Shown piece after piece: positions 26,305 through 36,600 of a stretch of DNA of 37,834 nucleotides. Position numbers and translations under genes: made by a program. Location: assembly GCA_046093685.1 (NCBI GenBank), contig JBJTFZ010000180.1, positions 1 through 37,834 on the forward strand. Direction: 5' to 3'. The first letter of the stretch is position 1. Every line of letters starts with the position of its first letter. The notes below the pieces were generated by a model. The model was given only the letters and a program-made list of their open reading frames with translations. It was not told the origin of the DNA and searched no databases. Origin of the DNA: a bacterium. GTDB lineage: Bacteria; Bacteroidota; Ignavibacteria; Kapaibacteriales; UBA961.

Positions 26305-28136
26305 AATCATACCTTCACCATCTATTCATCTGTGGAATACTCGCATTACTTACGAACACAGCAATTAATGCTCAAGAAGTGCGAGCTCGTATTGATGTTA
26401 AAAACATCAAGCAGGACAGAGTGCATGTAACTCTTACACCTCCCAAAATGAATACCGAAGAAATTCTGTATATCATGCCCGCCTCCATACCCGGTACATA
26501 TGCAAGAATGGACTTCGGATATTTCGTCAAGAATTTCAAAGCAAGTGATGCCAATGGAGGATTCATTCCCGTCAGACGATTGAATGACAATGAATTTCTC
26601 ATCATAGGCGCCAATAGACTTGCCAAGATTGACTATGATGTGAATGATACCTATGATGACACGACACATACGTTGGATGTGTTCAATCCCGGAGGCACAA
26701 ATATCCAGGCTGACACCAATATCATGTTCGGAGCTCATGGATTCATCGGTTATTTCACGGATATGCAACATCTTCCCTATACCATCGAATGCATAAAGCC
26801 GAGTTCATTTTTCTGTTCAACTTCTTTGGCCAAACAAAGCATCAATGACACTCTGGATGTATTGTCTGCCAAGAATTATGATGCATTGGTGGACAATCCC
26901 GCGATGTTCGCAAAACCTGATACAATCAGTTATATGCAGGGTGGCACAAAGATCTCCATTGCAGTGTATTCCACGGGAGGGAAAGTGACCTCTGAAATGG
27001 TTGCAAAGGTCATCAAACCGGTCACAAATACGGTAGAGAAATTTCTTGGCACTATGCCAGTCGATCGCTACACATTCATGTTTTTCTTTGCAGGAATGGA
27101 CAGAAAAGACCTACGAAGAAAAGATGCATTCGGTGCCTTGGAGCACAATTACAGTTCTGTGTATTTCCTTCCCGAGACATCGGACGAATCCATGCTGAAG
27201 TCATGGATTGCCCAAACCGCCGTACATGAATTTCTCCATATTCTTGTTCCACTTAATCTGCATAGCAAGGAGATAGCAAGATTTGACTTTCGTGCACCTA
27301 AAATGTCAAGACATTTATGGCTATATGAAGGAGTGACGGAATATTTCTCGGTATTGGCCCGTGCACAAACGGGAGAGATGACCGAAAAACAAATGAGGCG
27401 TACTTTGCGACAAAAAATGTTTGGTTCACAATTCATGATGCCCAAACCCGTTGCTATGACCGAACTCAGCAGGAATGTTCTTCTCCCCGAATATCAAAAA
27501 ATGTATGGCGTGGTCTATGAAAAAGGAGCCTTGCTCGGAATGTTTTTTGACTTGACTCTTCGTGAAAAATCACAAGGAAAGATCACACTGCTTTCTCTTA
27601 TTCGTTCACTCACGAAAAAGTTTGGTCCGGACAGGCCATTCGAGGACAGCATACTGTTTTCAGAAATTGAGGCAGTTGCCGGAAAGGATATCAAACCATT
27701 TCTACAAACATATTTTGATTCCCCTTCTGAAATTCCCTATGCGGAAATGTTTTCCAAAATCGGATGGAAATATATCGAAGAGGATTCTGTTCAGGGATAT
27801 TCATTCTCCGGCGTTCGGGCACGCATGGATAGTTCCTCATTGATTCTGAATGTTCGCAAAGAAGACAATCTTCTCGGTGCAAAACAAGGAGACATCGTCC
27901 TCTCGGTTAATGGCGTCAAAGTGGAGCAAGCTGATGAAGAGGCAGATCTTTCTTCGGACATCAATGATCCTGAAACAGATGCGGAGTTAACACTCACCGT
28001 AAAACGCGGGGATGAAGTGATCACACTGAAAGGATCGCCCAAATCAAACAAAAAATTGGATAGAAGTATATTGAGCGTGGACGATTCCGCGAATGATCAA
28101 CAAAAAGCATTCTTGAAAGATTTACTGACCAAATGA
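26301..28136 (+). CDS. Secreted M61-like (glycyl-aminopeptidase family) zinc metallopeptidase with C-terminal PDZ domain
   Basis: Signal peptide MKSYLHHLFICGILALLTNTAINAQ. HExxH HEFLH plus a downstream Glu in LYEGVTEYF. PDZ-like GAKQGDIVLSVNGVKV. The ATG overlaps the rnr TGA (ATGA at 26301-26304). Confidence 0.7.
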   Translation: MKSYLHHLFICGILALLTNTAINAQEVRARIDVKNIKQDRVHVTLTPPKMNTEEILYIMPASIPGTYARMDFGYFVKNFKASDANGGFIPVRRLNDNEFLIIGANRLAKIDYDVNDTYDDTTHTLDVFNPGGTNIQADTNIMFGAHGFIGYFTDMQHLPYTIECIKPSSFFCSTSLAKQSINDTLDVLSAKNYDALVDNPAMFAKPDTISYMQGGTKISIAVYSTGGKVTSEMVAKVIKPVTNTVEKFLGTMPVDRYTFMFFFAGMDRKDLRRKDAFGALEHNYSSVYFLPETSDESMLKSWIAQTAVHEFLHILVPLNLHSKEIARFDFRAPKMSRHLWLYEGVTEYFSVLARAQTGEMTEKQMRRTLRQKMFGSQFMMPKPVAMTELSRNVLLPEYQKMYGVVYEKGALLGMFFDLTLREKSQGKITLLSLIRSLTKKFGPDRPFEDSILFSEIEAVAGKDIKPFLQTYFDSPSEIPYAEMFSKIGWKYIEEDSVQGYSFSGVRARMDSSSLILNVRKEDNLLGAKQGDIVLSVNGVKVEQADEEADLSSDINDPETDAELTLTVKRGDEVITLKGSPKSNKKLDRSILSVDDSANDQQKAFLKDLLTK

Positions 28137-30166
28137 TACATCAAATGACAATTCCCAGAAAATCAGATAATGTCAACATCATGCATGGCTATGCACTGCA
28201 AGACCCATACCACTGGATGCGTGAAAAAGATACAGATGAGGTTCTCTCCTTTTTGAATGGAGAAAATGAATATCTCAATAGTGTGCTATCCGGCACACAG
28301 GAACTCCAAGAGCAGCTTTATCTGGAAATGAAAGGAAGAATAAAAGAAGCAGATACTTCTGCTGCTGACATTATTGGAGATTATGCCTATTATCATCGTA
28401 CCGAAGTGGGCAAGCAATATCGGGTCTATTGTCGAAAGAGAATAGGAAGCAATGATGAACACATCATTCTCGATGCCAATGCACTCGCAGAGGGTCACCC
28501 ATATTTCGTATTGGGTACATTGAGAGTAAGCCCGGATCACAGATATCTTGCCTATACCGTTGATGCAAATGGATCCGAGCATTTCACTGTTCACATCAAA
28601 GATCTCGAAACAAATACAATCCTCAATGATGCCTTGCAAAATGCAGATACATCAATTGAATGGTATTCAGACTCCTCAGCTTTTCTGTATATGCTTCTCG
28701 ATGAAACTCGGCGGCCATATAAGATTGCTCAGCATGTCCTTGGCACAAGTCAATCCAATGATTCAATTCTTCTGCATGAACCTGATGAAGCATTTTTCCT
28801 TGGAATAGATAAATCTCGTGATGGCAAGCATCTCTTTATCGAGTCAGAGAGCAAGACAACAACAGAAGCATGGATCTTTTCAGCAGAGAATACACAGTCT
28901 ACACCATTGTCTATTGCAGGAAGAAATCATGGTCATGAATATCATGTAACATCTCATGCAGACACTCTCTATATTCTATCAAATCGTTCAGGCGTCAATT
29001 TCGCATTGATGAAGGCGAATATTTCCTCTCCTAAAGATTGGAGTGAATTGATTCCCCAAAGAGATGACACAAAATTGGAATGGTTGACTACATATTCCAA
29101 TTATTTGGTGATTGGCGAAAGAAGCAATGGTTTGGAACAAGTTCATGTTCACTCCTTTTCCGGTGATGATTATATGATGTCATTTCCCGATCCAGTGTAT
29201 GACATCACCCCCGGAAAAAATCCAATGAATGAATCTTCCGTGTTCAGATTTCATTATAGTTCTCCTATTTGCCCACCAACGGTGTATGATTATGATCTGA
29301 ACTCCAAAACACTGACCGTCGTGAAGCGCGATGAGATCCCCGGTGGTTTCAATCCCGATGATTATGTGGTGGAAAGGCACTATGCCAAAGCCAATGATGG
29401 CATCAATGTTCCATTGACCATCATCCACAAAAAAGAAATTCAATTGGATGGCTCTGCACCCGCATTCATGGTTGGATACGGTTCTTATGGCTTTTCAATG
29501 CCAACTGCTTTTTCTCATACTCTCGTGAGTTTGCTGAATCGAGGATTTGTATGTGCAAGAGCTCATATTCGTGGCGGCTCGGATATGGGAGAACAATGGT
29601 ATTTGGATGGAAAGCTCAAGAAAAAAATGAACACATTCACGGACTTCATTGCATGTGCCGAATATCTGATCGACCAAAATTTTACTTCAAAAGAACGATT
29701 GTCTGTACAGGGTGGCAGCGCGGGAGGACTCCTCATGGGTGCAATTGCGAACATGCGTCCTGATCTCTTTCACACAATCATAGCAAGCGTTCCATTTGTG
29801 GACTTAATGAACACGATGCTTGATGCCTCATTGCCCCTAACCATTGCTGAGTATGAAGAATGGGGTAATCCGAATATTCGGGAAGATTTTGAGTATATGC
29901 TTTCTTATTCACCATATGATAATATCTCAAATCAGGATTATCCGAATATTCTGGCCATTGCCGGATATCATGATCAGCGCGTTTCCTATTGGGAACCTGC
30001 AAAATGGATTGCCAAATTGCGTGATCATAACACGGGAAATTCCACTATTTTGCTGTATACAAAATTCACTGCGGGCCATTTTGGCGCTTCCGGTCGCTTC
30101 GATTATCTAAAAGAATTGGCTTTGGAATATGCATTCATACTGAAGTATGCAAAACAGCAAGATTGA
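28133..30166 (+). CDS. ptrB: Oligopeptidase B / protease II (S9A prolyl-oligopeptidase family)
   Basis: N-terminal DPYHWMREKD, catalytic Ser GGSAGGLLMGA, and the C-terminal triad region AGHFGASG. The ATG at 28133 overlaps the M61 TGA. An alternative ATG lies at 28145. Confidence 0.88.
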   Translation: MIHQMTIPRKSDNVNIMHGYALQDPYHWMREKDTDEVLSFLNGENEYLNSVLSGTQELQEQLYLEMKGRIKEADTSAADIIGDYAYYHRTEVGKQYRVYCRKRIGSNDEHIILDANALAEGHPYFVLGTLRVSPDHRYLAYTVDANGSEHFTVHIKDLETNTILNDALQNADTSIEWYSDSSAFLYMLLDETRRPYKIAQHVLGTSQSNDSILLHEPDEAFFLGIDKSRDGKHLFIESESKTTTEAWIFSAENTQSTPLSIAGRNHGHEYHVTSHADTLYILSNRSGVNFALMKANISSPKDWSELIPQRDDTKLEWLTTYSNYLVIGERSNGLEQVHVHSFSGDDYMMSFPDPVYDITPGKNPMNESSVFRFHYSSPICPPTVYDYDLNSKTLTVVKRDEIPGGFNPDDYVVERHYAKANDGINVPLTIIHKKEIQLDGSAPAFMVGYGSYGFSMPTAFSHTLVSLLNRGFVCARAHIRGGSDMGEQWYLDGKLKKKMNTFTDFIACAEYLIDQNFTSKERLSVQGGSAGGLLMGAIANMRPDLFHTIIASVPFVDLMNTMLDASLPLTIAEYEEWGNPNIREDFEYMLSYSPYDNISNQDYPNILAIAGYHDQRVSYWEPAKWIAKLRDHNTGNSTILLYTKFTAGHFGASGRFDYLKELALEYAFILKYAKQQD

Positions 30167-30181
30167 AACGGAGTAAACAAG

Positions 30182-30655
30182 ATGGATAATACAACATCCC
30201 ATGCATATCGATATAAAGTTGATTTCTATTGGAAGTCACTCGCCATGTATGGAGCTGCATTGATGATGTATGCAGTACTCAAAGGCACCATCGAAGAGAA
30301 AACTCTCTCCATCACTCTGACTGATCCCATCGTTATCCTCCTTGCATGTTTCGTGTTGATTTCCTCACTCTCACTCATCGTCAATCATCATGCCCGAAGA
30401 GTGATTCTCATTAATGATGGTTCAATCACATTTCAAAATAGATATCGCAGTAGAACTTTTACCCTGAAAGATATTCGATCCATAATCCTTGTGAAAGACA
30501 AGCGGTTTCGTGTAAATACTCTCAGTGCCATCAAAATTGGTCTACATGGTCGGAGGCGACCCCTCAGATTGCGCCCTTCCTTATTTGAACACGAAGAATC
30601 CCTCATTCAAGACATGAAACAGTTGAAGCAAAAATTACATTTGAAGAAGGCATAA
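30182..30655 (+). CDS. Hypothetical membrane protein, two TM helices followed by a possible bacterial PH-like domain
   Basis: 157-aa ORF with a GGAG 8 nt upstream of the ATG. Two hydrophobic helices (SLAMYGAALMMYAVL, IVILLACFVLISSLSLIV), then ILINDGSITFQNRYRSRTFTLKDIRSIILVK, and a basic C-terminal tail. I recognise no family with confidence. Confidence 0.5.
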   Translation: MDNTTSHAYRYKVDFYWKSLAMYGAALMMYAVLKGTIEEKTLSITLTDPIVILLACFVLISSLSLIVNHHARRVILINDGSITFQNRYRSRTFTLKDIRSIILVKDKRFRVNTLSAIKIGLHGRRRPLRLRPSLFEHEESLIQDMKQLKQKLHLKKA

Positions 30656-30660
30656 TCATC

Positions 30661-31245
30661 ATGCGTCGAATAGGAGTGATTGCCATATCGTGTATGCTCA
30701 TGTTGAGCATGTCATGCATGACATTCGCGCAAACTCAACCATCAAATGCTATGCTCTTCAAACAACTGATTTCGAAATTGTCCAACCAAATCAAGCAAGA
30801 ATTACCCGGAAATGCTTATTACATGAACATTGTCGGAGGAAATGATGAAAAGGAATTCCTTGGCAATGAAATCATGAAGAATAATCCAACAATCGATTGG
30901 TCATCGAAGAATGGATCCACTATCACTATCACACCCGCGGAAATGCATACTGCGTATTCATGGACGCAAGACGATGAAGCCTTGAAACGGACATGTTCTT
31001 TTTCCGGTGAAATGAGAATCGAAGAGGAGGGAAAATCTCGCATTGTATCATTCCCTTTGACATACATTTCCGATACAATTAAGGCAGACGATATATCCTA
31101 TGTGCAAGTACCGGGATATACATTCTGCATCGGCAAAACCCCTGAACAACAATGGAATGCATTGGATGGATTGGTCAAGCCAATGCTTTATGTGCTGACA
31201 CTTGGTTTCTCAACATGGCTATTGTTCAGCGTCCGCACACAATGA
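30661..31245 (+). CDS. Hypothetical exported protein with C-terminal membrane anchor
   Basis: 194-aa ORF. Signal peptide MRRIGVIAISCMLMLSMSCMTFAQ and a C-terminal hydrophobic helix MLYVLTLGFSTWLLFSV. No recognisable family. Confidence 0.5.
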   Translation: MRRIGVIAISCMLMLSMSCMTFAQTQPSNAMLFKQLISKLSNQIKQELPGNAYYMNIVGGNDEKEFLGNEIMKNNPTIDWSSKNGSTITITPAEMHTAYSWTQDDEALKRTCSFSGEMRIEEEGKSRIVSFPLTYISDTIKADDISYVQVPGYTFCIGKTPEQQWNALDGLVKPMLYVLTLGFSTWLLFSVRTQ

Positions 31246-32685
31246 TCAAAATTTGATGCAGACATTTTTTGTTTCCGTGAAGAAACGCAATACTTCAAAG
31301 CCTCCTTCTCTACCCACACCTGAATCTTTCATGCCTCCAAATGGGGTTCTTAAGTCACGCAATAACCAGCAGTTGATCCACACGATGCCAAATTCCAAAG
31401 CATGAGCCACGCGATGCGCCTTCCCCAAATGTTGGGTCCACACATTTGCCGCCAATCCATATCTGGTTCCATTCGCAAATGAAATGGCTTCCTCTTCAGT
31501 TGAAAATTTCTGAAGCGTCACCACAGGACCAAATATTTCTTCTTGATTGGTTCTACAGGAATTGCTCAGTCCTTCAATCACCGTGGGCTCAATGAACCAA
31601 CCTTCTTCACATCTGCCTTTCGGAAATATTGCCGAACCACCACAGAGGATAATTCCACCTTCTTCTTTGGCAAGCTTGATATAGGACAATACTTTTTCAC
31701 AATGAGACTTGGACACCAAAGCCCCCATATTGATTCCGTCTTCAAAAGGATCACCGACTTTCAATTGTCTTACCTTTTCGACGAATGCATTTCGGAAATC
31801 ATCATAGATGGAATCTTCAATCAATATTCTTGATCCGCATAAACATATCTCACCTTGATTTGTGAAAGCAGAACGAACGGCTTGCGTGACGGCTTCATCA
31901 AAATCACAATCGGCAAAAATGATGGAGGGATTCTTTCCTCCGAGTTCGAGTGATAATTTTTTGAACATCGGCGCCGCAACAGAAGCGATATGTTCACCGG
32001 TCACGGTGCCACCCGTGAAAGAAATGGCCTTGATGTCCGGATGTTTCACTATTGCCGATCCCGTATGCTTTCCACTTCCATGAACAATATTGAGAACACC
32101 CGGTGGCAATCCGGCCTTCATGCAAATCTCAGAAAACATCATGGCTGTATATGGAGTGAGTTCCGATGGCTTTGCAATCACGCAATTTCCCATTGCTAGA
32201 GCCGGTGCAATTTTCCATGTAAACAAATACAAAGGCAAGTTCCATGGAGATATACAGCCCACAATGCCGATTGGAGAATGAACCGTATAATTCACAACTC
32301 CTTTCGCGCCATGAGATTCGGATGCGAAATGGATGATCTCGGTGGCAAAAAACTCGATGTTTTGTATCGCTCTCGGGATGTCCATCACTCTGCTGAGATA
32401 AAGAGGTTTTCCTTGATCACGAGATTCCGCCTCTGCCAATGCTTCAAAGGATGCTTTCATTTCATGAGCGATGGCAAGCATGATGCGAGAGCGCTCTTCG
32501 ACGGACATTGATGACCATGCAGGAAATGCCGCTTTTGCAGCATCCACTGCCATTTCTATATCTTCTTCCGTGGAATCAGGCAAGCGCGAATACACTTTTC
32601 CAATTGCGGGTTCCGCATTATCAAGCCAATTGTCTTTCAGTGGTCGATGCCACTCTCCGGCGATATAATTCAGCAATTCTTTCAT
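31246..32685 (-). CDS. NAD(P)-dependent aldehyde dehydrogenase, closest by motif to the 2-hydroxymuconic/2-aminomuconic semialdehyde dehydrogenase (ALDH8-like) group
   Basis: FTGGTVTGEHI, ELGGKNP, catalytic Cys NQGEICLCGSR, EEIFGPV, and DIPRAIQNIEFFA. The ATG at 32685 gives MKELLNYIAGEW, a typical ALDH start. The track start at 32784 adds 33 non-conserved residues. Confidence 0.88.
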   Translation of the reverse strand: MKELLNYIAGEWHRPLKDNWLDNAEPAIGKVYSRLPDSTEEDIEMAVDAAKAAFPAWSSMSVEERSRIMLAIAHEMKASFEALAEAESRDQGKPLYLSRVMDIPRAIQNIEFFATEIIHFASESHGAKGVVNYTVHSPIGIVGCISPWNLPLYLFTWKIAPALAMGNCVIAKPSELTPYTAMMFSEICMKAGLPPGVLNIVHGSGKHTGSAIVKHPDIKAISFTGGTVTGEHIASVAAPMFKKLSLELGGKNPSIIFADCDFDEAVTQAVRSAFTNQGEICLCGSRILIEDSIYDDFRNAFVEKVRQLKVGDPFEDGINMGALVSKSHCEKVLSYIKLAKEEGGIILCGGSAIFPKGRCEEGWFIEPTVIEGLSNSCRTNQEEIFGPVVTLQKFSTEEEAISFANGTRYGLAANVWTQHLGKAHRVAHALEFGIVWINCWLLRDLRTPFGGMKDSGVGREGGFEVLRFFTETKNVCIKF

Positions 32686-32821
32686 GAGATTTAAGTGCCA
32701 TTGTTGATATACAAAAATGCTCAATTTTTCATGGTCTCGAAAACTCGCGGAAACTTCCCTGCTTTTACCCTGTATAACGCTCAATTTTCAGTATTTTGCA
32801 GGAGTAAATTCAGGATGACTC

Positions 32822-33688
32822 TTGGAAGTTTTTTGGATCATAGTAACCGGATGTCTCACCGCCATTGCCTGCGCATTGGCCGGATCATTATTGCTTGTGC
32901 GTAATGCTTCGATGATAAGTGATGCAATTTCTCATGCGGTATTGCCCGGAATTGTCGCGGCTTTTTTGCTGACAGGTTCAAGAACAGGATTCCCCATGCT
33001 GATTGGAGCTGCTTCGGTAGGCTTGCTTTCCACATTCCTCATGGAATTTCTTCATCGCAAAGGTCGGGTTCAACAGGATGCATCCATTGGCATTACATTC
33101 ACCATGCTCTTTGCCATTGGGGTGATCATGATCACGGCATTGGCCGGAAATGTGGACATAGACCCTGAATGTGTTCTCTATGGAGAAATCGCTTATGTTC
33201 CTTTGGACATGATTGCAATTGCAGGATTTGAAATTCCATATTCAGTAGTCATGTTAAGCGGAGTCGTTCTGTTCACGATAGGAATATTTTCAATAGGATA
33301 TAGACAATTCCTCTCAACATCCTTTGATCCGGAACATGCTGAGTCAACAGGAATCAATACGGCTTTTTGGCATTATCTCTTGATGGCATGCGTATCATTC
33401 ATAACCGTTGCGGCTTTTGATGCGGTGGGTGCCATTCTTGTGGTGGCATTGTTCATCGTTCCTCCCGCAACCGCTTTTTTACTATTGAAGCAATTGCATC
33501 ACATCATGATTGCATCTTCTGTATTCGGTATCATCGCCGCAGTCTTCGGTTATTTTCTTGCTGATTCACTCAATGGATCTATTGCCGGTGCAATGGCTGT
33601 TTTGACAGGTGTGCAACTATTCTTGGTGATCATGTTGACAAAAGTTCTGCAGAAGTATCAATACATTAAAAGCAGAGACATTGCATGA
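32822..33688 (+). CDS. Metal ABC transporter permease (ABC-3 family, ZnuB/MntB/TroD-like)
   Basis: SDAISHAVLPGIV is the family signature, and there are about 8 TM helices. The start is a TTG at 32822. An out-of-frame ATG at 32815 would come into frame if the T6 run at 32829-32834 were T5. Confidence 0.85.
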   Translation: MEVFWIIVTGCLTAIACALAGSLLLVRNASMISDAISHAVLPGIVAAFLLTGSRTGFPMLIGAASVGLLSTFLMEFLHRKGRVQQDASIGITFTMLFAIGVIMITALAGNVDIDPECVLYGEIAYVPLDMIAIAGFEIPYSVVMLSGVVLFTIGIFSIGYRQFLSTSFDPEHAESTGINTAFWHYLLMACVSFITVAAFDAVGAILVVALFIVPPATAFLLLKQLHHIMIASSVFGIIAAVFGYFLADSLNGSIAGAMAVLTGVQLFLVIMLTKVLQKYQYIKSRDIA

Positions 33689-36600
33689 ATCTTTTTGTAC
33701 GAATATTGTCCGTTCTATTCATGATCATGTTCTTGAGCTTTGAAAGCTCAGGACAATATTGGAAAAGCGTGAATCTGCCTTCAGGGTATTCGAGCAATTA
33801 TTGGCTTGACATTCATTTTCTTCCCGGTAATACACAATTGGGATGGGCCTGTGGTTTCAATGCATCCATTGTCCGCACAACCGATGGCGGAAATACATGG
33901 ATTGGATCCAAAGTCACTCAATTTCAAAATCCCATGCTGGAAAGCATACATTTCGTAAGCCCACAAATCGGTTATACATCGGGTCCGCAGGGCATCTGGA
34001 AATCCATTGACGGTGGAGCAACTTGGAATAGCATCACTCCGCCGGCAGTGCAAGGTTCTTTGTGGGGATGCTATTTCAAAGATCAAGATCTTGGATTGGT
34101 CATCGGCGGAGGTTGTGGCGGATCGCAAATGTTTTACAGAACAACTAATGGTGGCAATTCATGGACATTGTTTCAAGGATCTGAACCACAGAGCGGAATG
34201 TGTGATTTGATTCTTGATCAGGCCAGTGACACGGGATATGCTTCAAGTAGCGGAGTGATATGGCAATCAACAAATGCCGGACAAACATGGAGCGTTTTTT
34301 CTCGAGCAAATTCTGTAAATGCTTGGCAAGAAGAAATTGCCTGGCTTGGTGATAGTTTCCTTGTTCCGTATAGCGGACAAAGCTGTCAAGGAGGTGGTGG
34401 AGGTGGTGGAATGTGTTTTACCACAAACAAAGGAATGAGTTGGAACAGAGTTGCTGCTCCCGATAATTTATTCGGAACATTTCTCACATCAGCAACCACG
34501 GGTTGGGCTTGTGGATATGATCGCTCGGTGTATTACACATCTGATGCTGGCAGAACATGGGAATATAGAAATTGTGGAACAACAGGATCATTGGATGATA
34601 TTCGAATGTTTTCCGATACATCAGGTTGGGTAGTAGGCGAAGGCATCTATAAAATGATTCCCGGCTTCCATGAAGTGCTTCCCAAGAACGGACTCTCCTT
34701 TGCGAATACATGCGTGAATTCATTGAAACATGATTCCATCATCATTCGAAACTATTCCTTTGAATCAACAATCGTCACAATAACGGTCAATGGACCTGCA
34801 GCAAGTGATTTCATAATCCCATTTACATCATTTGCTCTCGGTCAATGCGAGGAAAGACTCGTGCCTGTAACATTCCGTCCAACAGGTTCAGGAACGAGAA
34901 ATGCCACAATCGGCATCAGCATGATTAATCCACTGGAGTCTTTTTCCATTCCACTTCAGGGCACAGCTTCAGACATCACGCTTAGTGCAGGTTTTCGCGA
35001 CACCGTAAATGTTGGTTCACATCAAGTTGGAACCACCACTGATTCAACCTTCATCGTACATAATCGATCGGATGCGGAAATTATATTGTCTGCAATCAAT
35101 CCATTGGATTTACCAAAAGGACACACACTGCTTTGGAATAATGCTCTACCATTGCGAATCCCTGCAAAAGATTCAGCATTGTTGCGATATCGCATCATCA
35201 TGAATGATACAGGAAGCACTGCGCAAAGATTCCAATTTAAATTTGGTTTATGTGACAAAACAATCACCATGAAAAGTTTTGGAACTTCACCAAGAATTTC
35301 TTCTCCCGAGAATTTCGTGATTCTCTCGGATTGCAGTCCTTTCAAAGACAGCATATTCACAATCACTAATTCGGGAAATGCGATGCTTGTGATTCATGGT
35401 CTTGCAATTTCCGGTGGTGACAGTTCAGCCTTCTCAATCAGACCACATGTATTACCGATGTTCATTGCACCCGGAAAATCGGCTTCAATCACATTGCGAT
35501 ATGCAAAGAGATTGCCACTCGCACCGAATGCAATGTCCAAACTTCTCATCTATCATTCGGACACAATGCAAACCAGAGCATCCCCAAGGGTGGTGAATCT
35601 CACAGGAAAACGGGGATATACAATCGCAACTGCCACGAATGATTCATTATGGGCCGGAACACATTGTGTCGGACAAAAAGGAAAATGTTCTGCAACACTT
35701 TCAGTGAATGGAACGGGAAGCACACAGATTTTCGGAATCGTGTCCAAGACAGGTGCTTCAAAAGTTATATCACCCACAACATTTCCCGTGACCATAACCG
35801 CTCCATTATCTGCTTCCATAGAAACGAGTAGTTTGAAAGCGGGACGATATCGAGACACATTATTGATCATCAGCGGTATATGTAAGGATACAATTCCATT
35901 CATTGTTGAAGCACAGGCAATAACGACTGAAATTGCATTTGCCGACTCAATTCTTACAGGAACCGTAGATCAAGGAATACCCGCCACTCTTTCATGGGAT
36001 CTGTTTTCAATCGGAACGGCACTTGCCGATATTCGATCCATGAAACTAATAGACAATCAAGGAATTCAACTTGCGGATCCATTGCCAAGACCATCAATCA
36101 TCAATCCGGGAAAATCAGGTAGAGTGTCCATTCGAGTTACACCGAAACTGAGTGATTCATTGCTCATCGACACTCTCTGCATTGATGCTTTGAGGGAATG
36201 TCCGACCACCATTTGCATTCCCATTCGAATACTTGTTCGTCAAGCCAGACTTGCAATCAGCGATACACTTCTTAACATTGATTTGCGATGTGATTCAAGC
36301 GCCGTGACAGACACTATCATGATCAGCAATCCCGGAATGTTGAATGACACCATTATTGCAATCACTCCAAGAAATGTCGGCGGGCCTATTTCACATAATA
36401 CCCAATTCACATTGCCATATGTACTCATTCCCGGTGATTCTGTTCCTATATTCATTCGATTTGAACCGAAGGCGCAGGGCAATTATTCATATACACTGGA
36501 CATAGAATCATCATCGGGTAGAAATGTCGGGAAGAATCAAGTCATTCAAGTAAATGGAACATTTATGGCTCCTGCGATTTCCGCAAGCCCAATGATTGTT

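Noticed and set aside
32695-32904. 69-aa ORF spanning the ALDH/permease intergenic region
   Set aside because: It overlaps the permease N-terminus in another frame and has no motifs. Its only relevance is that its ATG (32815) may be the true permease start if the T6 run is miscalled, which is reported as a finding.
34390-34410. The (GGAGGTGGT)x2 tandem repeat, considered as a possible slipped-strand phase-variation switch in the surface-protein gene
   Set aside because: The repeat unit is a multiple of three and there are only about 2.3 copies. Copy-number change would alter the Gly-linker length, not the reading frame.
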